Source: a virus (Duplodnaviria; Heunggongvirae; Uroviricota; Caudoviricetes). From it: a DNA stretch of 6,524 bases. The stretch lies in the IMG/VR virus record IMGVR_UViG_2651869782_000024, one strand, 5' to 3'. A program made the translations under genes and the position numbers. Each line of letters opens with the position of its first letter. The stretch's first letter is position 1. Under the pieces are notes generated by a model. The model did not search any database. It was not told the origin of the DNA and saw nothing but the letters and a program-made list of their open reading frames with translations. Of this stretch, positions 1 through 6,524 are shown piece after piece.

Positions 1-39
1 GAAGTCGCTGTCGTTCTCAAAATCGGTGGAGCTGCATGA
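1..39 (+). CDS. 3' end of an upstream gene, possibly a tail assembly protein I homologue by synteny (partial; frame uncertain)
   Basis: Frame 1 reads ...EVAVVLKIGGAA then TGA at 37..39. Frame 2 is also open from position 2 to a TAA at 80..82, so the true frame cannot be fixed from 39 nt. Assignment rests only on position immediately upstream of J in a lambda-type tail cluster. Confidence 0.25.
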   Translation, partial: EVAVVLKIGGAA

Positions 40-297
40 CAAAGTCATCGGGCATTATCTGAACATAAAACACTATCAATAAGTTGGAGTCATTACCTAA
101 CATCCCTTCCTATTGAGAATGGGGTAAGCCTTTTAGTTCCACAGGCTATGGGGGGATATGATGTTGTGCTTGATATCAAAAAAGCAGGAAATGGCAGTAG
201 TTTTACTCTTTATGAACGTGTACCAGCATTAACGCCAAAAATTTTTGCTGATAGTGTTAATGCATGTAAATAATAGTTAATCCTGTCGTAACTCATG

Positions 298-325
298 AGC
301 CGCCTTTTGGGCGGCTTTGTTGTTT
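298..325 (+). terminator. Putative rho-independent terminator immediately upstream of the J ribosome-binding site
   Basis: Perfect 7-bp inverted repeat AGCCGCC (298..304) / GGCGGCT (310..316) with loop TTTTG, followed by TTGTTGTTT (317..325). The reverse complement has no downstream T-tract, so it is + strand only. GGAG at 328..331 lies 8 nt before the J ATG. Confidence 0.45.
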
Positions 326-339
326 ATGGAGTGTGAGGA

Positions 340-3300
340 ATGGGTAAAGGAAGCAGTAAGGGGCATACCCCGCGCGAAGCGAGGGACAACCTGAAGTCCA
401 CGCAGCTGCTGAGTGTGATCGATGCCATCAGCGAAGGGCCGGTTGAAGGTCCGGTGGACGGATTAAAAAGCGTGCTGCTGAACAGTACGCCGGTGCTGGA
501 CAGTGAGGGGAATACCAATATATCCGGTGTCACGGTGGTGTTCCGGGCAGGTGAGCAGGAGCAGACACCGCCGGAGGGATTTGAATCCTCCGGCTCCGAG
601 ACGGTGCTGGGTACGGAAGTGAAATATGACACGCCGATCACCCGGACCATCACGTCGGCAAACATCGACCGTCTGCGCTTTACCTTCGGTGTGCAGGCAC
701 TGGTGGAAACCACCTCAAAGGGGGACAGGAATCCGTCGGAAGTCCGCCTGCTGGTTCAGATCCAGCGTAACGGTGGCTGGGTGACGGAAAAAGACATCAC
801 CATTAAGGGCAAAACCACCTCGCAGTATCTGGCCTCGGTGGTGGTGGATAACCTGCCGCCGCGCCCGTTTAATATCCGGATGCGCAGAATGACGCCGGAC
901 AGCACCACAGACCAGCTGCAGAACAAAACGCTCTGGTCGTCATACACCGAAATCATCGATGTGAAACAGTGCTACCCGAACACGGCACTGGTCGGCGTGC
1001 AGGTGGACTCGGAACAGTTCGGCAGCCAGCAGGTGAGCCGTAATTATCATCTTCGCGGGCGCATTCTGCAGGTGCCGTCGAACTATAACCCGCAGACGCG
1101 GCAATACAGCGGTATCTGGGACGGAACGTTTAAGCCAGCATACAGCAACAACATGGCCTGGTGTCTGTGGGATATGCTGACCCATCCGCGCTACGGCATG
1201 GGGAAGCGTCTCGGTGCGGCGGATGTGGACAAATGGGCGCTGTATGTCATCGGCCAGAATTGCGACCAGTCGGTGCCGGATGGCTTTGGTGGCACGGAGC
1301 CGCGCATCACCTGTAATGCCTACCTGACCACACAGCGCAAGGCGTGGGATGTTCTCAGTGATTTCTGCTCGGCGATGCGCTGTATGCCGGTATGGAACGG
1401 GCAGACGCTGACGTTCGTGCAGGACCGACCGTCGGATAAGGTGTGGACCTATAACCGCAGTAATGTGGTGATGCCGGATGATGGCGCGCCGTTCCGCTAC
1501 AGCTTCAGTGCCCTGAAGGACCGTCATAATGCCGTTGAGGTGAACTGGATTGACCCGGATAACGGCTGGGAGACGGCGACAGAGCTTGTTGAAGATACGC
1601 AGGCCATTGCCCGTTACGGTCGTAACGTCACGAAGATGGATGCCTTTGGCTGTACCAGCCGGGGGCAGGCGCACCGCGCCGGGCTGTGGCTGATTAAAAC
1701 GGAACTGCTGGAAACGCAGACCGTGGACTTCAGCGTGGGTGCGGAAGGGCTTCGCCATGTACCGGGGGATGTCATTGAAATCTGCGATGATGACTATGCG
1801 GGTATCAGCACCGGCGGGCGCGTGCTGGCGGTGAACAGCCAGACCCGGACGCTGACGCTCGACCGTGAAATCACGCTGCCATCCTCCGGTACCACGCTGA
1901 TAAGCCTGGTTGACGGTCAGGGTAATCCGGTCAGCGTGGAGGTCCAGTCCGTCACCGACGGCGTGAAGGTGAAAGTGAGCCGTGTTCCTGACGGCGTTGC
2001 AGAATACAGCGTGTGGGGGCTGAAGCTGCCGACGCTGCGCCAGCGCCTGTTCCGCTGCGTGAGTATCCGTGAGAACGATGACGGCACGTATGCCATCACC
2101 GCCGTGCAGCATGTACCGGAGAAAGAAGCCATCGTGGATAACGGGGCGCACTTTGACGGTGACCAGAGCGGCACGGTGAATGGTGTCACGCCGCCAGCAG
2201 TGCAGCACCTGACCGCCGAAGTCACTGCAGACAGCGGGGAATATCAGGTGCTGGCGCGATGGGACACACCGAAGGTGGTGAAGGGCGTGAGCTTCCTGCT
2301 CCGTCTGACCGTAACAGCGGACGACGGCAGTGAGCGACTGGTCAGCACGGCCCGGACGACGGAAACCACATACCGCTTCACGCAACTGGCGCTGGGGAAC
2401 TACAGGCTGACAGTCCGGGCGGTAAATGCCCGGGGGCAGCAGGGCGATCCGGCGTCGGTATCGTTCCGGATTGCCGCACCGGCAGCACCGTCGAGGATTG
2501 AGCTGACGCCGGGCTATTTTCAGATAACCGCCACGCCGCATCTTGCTGTTTATGACCCGACGGTACAGTTTGAGTTCTGGTTCTCGGAAAAGCGGATTAC
2601 CGATATCAGGCAGGTTGAAACCACAGCCCGCTATCTTGGTACGGCGCTGTACTGGATAGCCGCCAGTATCAATATCAAACCGGGCCATGATTATTATTTT
2701 TACGTTCGCAGTGTGAACACCGTTGGCAAATCGGCATCCGTGGAGGCTGTCGGTCGGGCGAGCGATGATGCGGAAGGTTACCTGGATTTTTTCAAAGGAG
2801 AAATCGGGAAAACACATCTGGCCCAGGAGTTGTGGACGCAGATTGATAACGGTCAGCTTGCGCCGGACCTGGCTGAAATCAGGACGTCCATTACGAATGT
2901 CAGCAATGAAATCACGCAGACCGTCAATAAAAAACTGGAAGACCAGAGTGCGGCAATCCAGCAGATACAGAAAGTTCAGGTTGATACAAATAATAACCTG
3001 AACAGCATGTGGGCCGTGAAACTGCAGCAGATGAAGGACGGACGCCTTTATATTGCGGGTATCGGAGCCGGTATTGAGAATACGCCAGCAGGTATGCAGA
3101 GTCAGGTGCTTCTGGCTGCTGACCGGATTGCGATGATTAATCCTGCGAATGGCAACACAAAGCCGATGTTTGTTGGTCAGGGCGATCAGATATTCATGAA
3201 CGACGTGTTCCTGAAACGCCTGACGGCTCCGACCATTACCAGCGGCGGTAATCCTCCGGCATTTTCCCTGACACCGGACGGGCGGCTGACGGCGAAAAAT

Positions 3301-3819
3301 GCCGATATCAGCGGTAACGTGAATGCGAACTCCGGGACGCTCAACAACGTCACGATTAACGAGAACTGTCGGGTTCTGGGAAAATTGTCCGCCAACCAGA
3401 TTGAAGGCGATCTCGTTAAAACAGTGGGCAAAGCTTTCCCCCGGGACTCCCGTGCACCGGAACGGTGGCCATCAGGGACCATCACCGTCAGGGTTTATGA
3501 CGATCAGCCGTTTGACCGGCAGATTGTTATTCCGGCGGTGGCATTCAGCGGCGCTAAACATGAGCGGGAGAATAACGATATTTATTCGTCATGCCGCCTG
3601 ATAGTACGGAAAAACGGTGCTGAAATTTATAACCGTACCGCGCTGGATAATACGCTGATTTACAGTGGTGTTATTGATATGCCAGCTGGTCGCGGCCACA
3701 TGACGCTGGAGTTTTCGGTGTCAGCATGGCTGGTGAATAACTGGTATCCCACAGCAAGTATCAGCGATTTGCTGGTTGTGGTGATGAAGAAAGCCACCGC
3801 AGGCATCAGTATCAGCTGA
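340..3819 (+). CDS. J: Host specificity protein J (tail tip / central tail fibre), 1159 aa
   Basis: Complete ORF from the six-frame track. N-terminus [34 protein letters not shown]... and most of the length match phage lambda gpJ as I recall it. Position upstream of lom and stf matches lambda gene order. Shine-Dalgarno GGAG at 328..331. Confidence 0.95.
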   Translation: MGKGSSKGHTPREARDNLKSTQLLSVIDAISEGPVEGPVDGLKSVLLNSTPVLDSEGNTNISGVTVVFRAGEQEQTPPEGFESSGSETVLGTEVKYDTPITRTITSANIDRLRFTFGVQALVETTSKGDRNPSEVRLLVQIQRNGGWVTEKDITIKGKTTSQYLASVVVDNLPPRPFNIRMRRMTPDSTTDQLQNKTLWSSYTEIIDVKQCYPNTALVGVQVDSEQFGSQQVSRNYHLRGRILQVPSNYNPQTRQYSGIWDGTFKPAYSNNMAWCLWDMLTHPRYGMGKRLGAADVDKWALYVIGQNCDQSVPDGFGGTEPRITCNAYLTTQRKAWDVLSDFCSAMRCMPVWNGQTLTFVQDRPSDKVWTYNRSNVVMPDDGAPFRYSFSALKDRHNAVEVNWIDPDNGWETATELVEDTQAIARYGRNVTKMDAFGCTSRGQAHRAGLWLIKTELLETQTVDFSVGAEGLRHVPGDVIEICDDDYAGISTGGRVLAVNSQTRTLTLDREITLPSSGTTLISLVDGQGNPVSVEVQSVTDGVKVKVSRVPDGVAEYSVWGLKLPTLRQRLFRCVSIRENDDGTYAITAVQHVPEKEAIVDNGAHFDGDQSGTVNGVTPPAVQHLTAEVTADSGEYQVLARWDTPKVVKGVSFLLRLTVTADDGSERLVSTARTTETTYRFTQLALGNYRLTVRAVNARGQQGDPASVSFRIAAPAAPSRIELTPGYFQITATPHLAVYDPTVQFEFWFSEKRITDIRQVETTARYLGTALYWIAASINIKPGHDYYFYVRSVNTVGKSASVEAVGRASDDAEGYLDFFKGEIGKTHLAQELWTQIDNGQLAPDLAEIRTSITNVSNEITQTVNKKLEDQSAAIQQIQKVQVDTNNNLNSMWAVKLQQMKDGRLYIAGIGAGIENTPAGMQSQVLLAADRIAMINPANGNTKPMFVGQGDQIFMNDVFLKRLTAPTITSGGNPPAFSLTPDGRLTAKNADISGNVNANSGTLNNVTINENCRVLGKLSANQIEGDLVKTVGKAFPRDSRAPERWPSGTITVRVYDDQPFDRQIVIPAVAFSGAKHERENNDIYSSCRLIVRKNGAEIYNRTALDNTLIYSGVIDMPAGRGHMTLEFSVSAWLVNNWYPTASISDLLVVVMKKATAGISIS

Positions 3820-3838
3820 ATTTTATAACCCATATACG

Positions 3839-3862
3839 GGCGCCAGAAATGGCGCCTTTTTT
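3839..3862 (+). terminator. Rho-independent terminator downstream of J
   Basis: GGCGCCA (3839..3845), loop GAAA, TGGCGCC (3850..3856), then TTTTTT (3857..3862). Starts 20 nt after the J stop codon (TGA 3817..3819). Confidence 0.6.
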
Positions 3863-3886
3863 ATTGCAGAAAAGCGAGAGGTAATT

Positions 3887-4486
3887 ATGCGTAAAGTTTG
3901 TGCAGTCATTTTGTCCGCAGCCATCTGTCTGTCCGTATCCGGTGCGCCTGCATGGGCGTCTGAACATCAGTCCACACTGAGCGCGGGGTATCTTCATGCC
4001 CGTACGAACGCTCCCGGCAGCGATAATCTGAACGGGATTAACGTGAAATACCGTTATGAGTTTACGGACGCGCTGGGGCTGATTACGTCCTTCAGTTATG
4101 CCAATGCTGAGGATGAGCAAAAAACGCACTACAGCGATACCCGCTGGCATGAAGATTCCGTGCGTAACCGCTGGTTCAGCGTGATGGCGGGGCCGTCTGT
4201 ACGCGTGAATGAATGGTTCAGCGCGTATTCGATGGCGGGTGTGGCTTACAGCCGTGTGTCGACTTTCTCCGGGGATTATCTCCGCGTAACTGACAACAAG
4301 GGGAAAACGCACGATGTGCTGACCGGAAGTGATGACGGTCGCCACAGCAACACGTCTCTGGCGTGGGGGGCTGGCGTGCAGTTTAACCCGACCGAATCCG
4401 TGACCATTGACCTTGCTTATGAAGGTTCCGGTAGTGGCGACTGGCGAACGGATGCATTTATTGTTGGTATCGGATACCGTTTCTGA
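3887..4486 (+). CDS. lom: Lom-family outer membrane protein (Ail/Lom/OmpX/PagC/Rck 8-strand beta-barrel family), 199 aa
   Basis: Complete ORF. N-terminal signal peptide MRKVCAVILSAAICLSVSGAPAWA with likely cleavage after AWA. Conserved family motifs GINVKYRYE, SVMAGP, AYEGSGSGDWRTD and a C-terminal ...GIGYRF ending in Phe, typical of outer-membrane beta-barrels. Shine-Dalgarno GAGAGG at 3876..3881, 5 nt before the ATG. Sits between J and stf as in lambda. Confidence 0.9.
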   Translation: MRKVCAVILSAAICLSVSGAPAWASEHQSTLSAGYLHARTNAPGSDNLNGINVKYRYEFTDALGLITSFSYANAEDEQKTHYSDTRWHEDSVRNRWFSVMAGPSVRVNEWFSAYSMAGVAYSRVSTFSGDYLRVTDNKGKTHDVLTGSDDGRHSNTSLAWGAGVQFNPTESVTIDLAYEGSGSGDWRTDAFIVGIGYRF

Positions 4487-4591
4487 CAACAGACGCCGAT
4501 TTATCTTCTGTAAATATTGTTATGATACGCAGGTTCATCCACTTTATGGGGTGAACTGCGTTTGAGGAAACGTAAAGTTACACTGTCCTGA

Positions 4592-4623
4592 AGCCCGTGG
4601 CGTCACTGCTGCGGGCTTTTTTT
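4592..4623 (+). terminator. Rho-independent terminator downstream of lom
   Basis: AGCCCG (4592..4597) pairs with CGGGCT (4612..4617); the stem can extend with G-U wobbles around a 4-nt loop. Followed by TTTTTTT (4617..4623). Located between the lom stop (4486) and the stf start (4638). Confidence 0.6.
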
Positions 4624-4637
4624 ATTGGTGGAAAAGT

Positions 4638-6524
4638 ATGACAGTAAAAATTTCTGGCGTGCTTAAAGATGGCACAGGAAAACCAGTACAGAACTGCACC
4701 ATTGTGCTGAAGGCCAGACGAACCAGCAGCACGGTGGTGGTGAACACGGTGGCCTCTGAAAATCCGGATGAAGCCGGACGTTACAGCATGGATGTTGAGC
4801 ATGGTCAGTACAGCGTCACCCTGCTGGTTGAAGGTTTTCCGCCTTCACATGCCGGGACCATTACCGTCTATGAAGGTTCCAGACCAGGTACGCTGAATGA
4901 TTTTCTCGGTGCCATGACGGAGGATGATGTCCGACCGGAGGCACTGCGCCGCTTTGAGCAGATGGTGGAAGAGGTGTCACGTAACGCCTCCGCGGTTGCA
5001 CAGAATACGGCAGCCGCGAAAAAATCAGCCAGCGATGCCAGTGCATCAGCCAGCGAGGCGGCAACTCATGCAACCGATGCTGCAGCCTCAGCACGTGCCG
5101 CCAGCACGTCAGCCGGACAGGCCGCGTCGTCGGCTCAGTCAGCGTCTTCCAGCGCAGGAACGGCATCGACAAAGGCCCGTGAAGCAGCAAAAAGTGCTGC
5201 TGCTGCAGAGTCATCAAAAAGCGCGGCAGCTACCAGCGCCAGTGCCGCGAAAACGTCAGAAACGAATGCCGCAGCGTCACAACAATCAGCAGCCACTTCT
5301 GCATCCACCGCGACCACGAAAGCGTCAGAAGCAGCCACTTCAGCACGGGATGCGTCGGCTTCAAAAGAGGCGGCAAAATCATCAGAAACGAACGCAGCCT
5401 CGAGCGCCAGCAGCGCAGCTTCCTCGGCAACGGCGGCAGCAAATTCTGCGAAGGCGGCAAAAACGTCCGAGACGAACGCCAGGTCTTCTGAAACGGCAGC
5501 GGGACAGAGCGCCTCAGCTGCGGCAGACTCAAAAACAGCGGCTGCATTATCTGCCAGTGCCGCGTCAACAAGTGCCGGGCAGGCCTCAGCCAGTGCCACC
5601 GCCGCCGGAAAATCGGCAGAAAGCGCCGCATCATCCGCTTCAACAGCCACAACGAAGGCTGGCAAAGCCACTGAGCAAGCCACTGCAGCAGCGAGGTCTG
5701 CTTCTGCAGCAAAAACCTCTGAAACAAATGCAAAGACTTCAGCAGACAATGCTGCTTCCTCTAAGGCGGCAGCCGCATCGTCAGCCAGTTCAGCGGCGTC
5801 ATCGGCATCATCTGCGTCTGCTTCAAAAGATGAGGCGACCAGACAGGCGTCAGCAGCAAAGGGCAGCGCCACGACGGCATCCACGAAGGCGACAGAGGCA
5901 GCTGGCAGTGCGACGGCGGCAGCTCAGAGCAAAAGTACGGCGGAATCCGCGGCAACGCGCGCCGAGACAGCGGCAAAACGGGCAGAGGATATTGCATCCG
6001 CCGTGGCGCTTGAGGATGCGAGCACGACGAAAAAGGGGATAGTACAGCTCAGCAGTGCGACCAACAGCACTTCCGAGTCACTGGCGGCAACGCCAAAAGC
6101 GGTTAAGGCGGTAATGGGTGAAACGAACAAGAAAGCGCCCTTAAATAGTCCTGCACTGACCGGAACGCCAACAACACCAACTGCGCGACAGGGAACGAAT
6201 AATACCCAAATCGCAAGCACGGCTTATGTTATGGCTGCGATCGCTGCCCTCGTGGACTCGTCGCCTGACGCACTGAATACGCTGAACGAGCTGGCTGCGG
6301 CGTTGGGCAACGACCCGAATTTTGCGACCACCATGACTAGCGCGCTTGCGGGTAAGCAACCGAAAGATGCCACCCTGACGGCGCTGGCCGGGCTTGCTAC
6401 TGCGGCAGACAGGTTTCCGTATTTTACGGGGAATGATGTTGCCAGTCTGGCAACCCTGACAAAAGTTGGGCGGGATATTCTTGCGAAATCGACCGTTGCC
6501 GCCGTTATCGAATACCTCGGTTTA
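4638..6524 (+). CDS. stf: Side tail fibre protein Stf, N-terminal 629 codons (3' end beyond window)
   Basis: ATG at 4638 preceded by GGTGG (4627..4631). I translated the frame by hand and it is open for all 629 codons to the window edge, which is why the track (which needs a stop) does not list it. N-terminus MTVKISGVLKDGTGKPVQNCTI... and the later ...DALNTLNELAAALGNDP...GKQPKDATLTALAG... segment match lambda Stf (orf-401 region) as I recall it. Confidence 0.9.
   Translation, partial: MTVKISGVLKDGTGKPVQNCTIVLKARRTSSTVVVNTVASENPDEAGRYSMDVEHGQYSVTLLVEGFPPSHAGTITVYEGSRPGTLNDFLGAMTEDDVRPEALRRFEQMVEEVSRNASAVAQNTAAAKKSASDASASASEAATHATDAAASARAASTSAGQAASSAQSASSSAGTASTKAREAAKSAAAAESSKSAAATSASAAKTSETNAAASQQSAATSASTATTKASEAATSARDASASKEAAKSSETNAASSASSAASSATAAANSAKAAKTSETNARSSETAAGQSASAAADSKTAAALSASAASTSAGQASASATAAGKSAESAASSASTATTKAGKATEQATAAARSASAAKTSETNAKTSADNAASSKAAAASSASSAASSASSASASKDEATRQASAAKGSATTASTKATEAAGSATAAAQSKSTAESAATRAETAAKRAEDIASAVALEDASTTKKGIVQLSSATNSTSESLAATPKAVKAVMGETNKKAPLNSPALTGTPTTPTARQGTNNTQIASTAYVMAAIAALVDSSPDALNTLNELAAALGNDPNFATTMTSALAGKQPKDATLTALAGLATAADRFPYFTGNDVASLATLTKVGRDILAKSTVAAVIEYLGL
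4998..5984 (+). repeat. Uninterrupted array of 47 heptads (21-nt period) encoding an Ala/Ser-rich probable coiled-coil shaft within Stf
   Basis: Translating the stf frame in 7-residue blocks from 4998 gives AQNTAAA, KKSASDA, SASASEA ... KTSETNA ... ETAAKRA with Ala at position 7 in all 47 blocks and Ser at position 3 in most. KTSETNA/KSSETNA recurs at 5250, 5376, 5460 and 5712, spacings that are all multiples of 42 nt. Confidence 0.75.

Noticed and set aside
940-2817. 625-aa ORF on the minus strand from the six-frame track
   Set aside because: It lies entirely antisense within J, is Arg/His/Cys/Pro-rich with no recognisable domain, and is the expected shadow ORF of a GC-rich coding strand. 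J on the + strand fully explains the region.
324-3601. Smaller track ORFs inside J (324..713 -, 756..956 -, 1917..2225 -, 2723..3001 +, 3186..3485 -, 3323..3601 +)
   Set aside because: All are off-frame or antisense within the J coding sequence, short, and of biased composition with no start context. Treated as chance ORFs.
3700-3886. Possible sigma-70 promoter for lom within the 3' end of J (TTGCTG at 3769..3774, TATAAC at 3824..3829)
   Set aside because: The two hexamers are about 49 nt apart and nothing better is properly spaced, so no credible -35/-10 pair can be called from sequence alone.
3812-4489. 225-aa minus-strand ORF overlapping all of lom
   Set aside because: It is antisense to a well-supported lom gene (signal peptide, family motifs, C-terminal Phe) and has no comparable features of its own.
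4578-5217. Minus-strand track ORFs 4578..4802 (74 aa) and 4861..5217 (118 aa)
   Set aside because: Both are antisense to the conserved 5' region of stf and have no features of their own. Treated as chance ORFs.
4924-6359. Cluster of track ORFs in the stf region (4924..6042 + Arg/Gln/Pro-rich 372 aa; 5135..5884 - Ala-rich 249 aa; 5230..5733 -; 5761..5997 -; 5924..6220 -; 6141..6359 -)
   Set aside because: These are alternative-frame readings of the GCN/TCN-rich heptad array, which has few stop codons in any frame. The real gene is the + strand frame starting at 4638, which matches lambda Stf and keeps a perfect heptad register.
1-6524. Search for a defence or anti-defence system, diversity-generating retroelement, CRISPR array, tRNA, integrase or IS element
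   Set aside because: I saw no reverse transcriptase, no template/variable repeat pair near the fibre gene 3' ends, no direct-repeat/spacer array, no tRNA-like structure and no transposase or integrase ORF. All sizeable coding capacity is accounted for by J, lom and stf.

Overview
This window reads as the distal tail-fibre module of a lambda-like (lambdoid) siphophage or prophage from an enterobacterial host, all on the + strand. It holds the last codons of an upstream tail gene, an AT-rich spacer, a complete host-specificity gene J (340..3819), a complete lom outer-membrane-protein gene (3887..4486) and the 5' 629 codons of the side tail fibre gene stf (4638..6524, running off the window). 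lom is bracketed by hairpin + T-tract terminators, the usual layout of a lysogenic-conversion 'moron'. I found no RNA genes, CRISPR array, integrase, transposase, reverse transcriptase or recognisable defence/anti-defence gene, so I do not think this window contains a novel system. The points worth a second look are the diverged C-terminal receptor-binding end of J, the Lom variant, a 47-heptad Ala/Ser array inside Stf that explains the many shadow ORFs in the track, and the AT-rich spacer before J. Comparisons to phage lambda are from memory and were not checked against a database.
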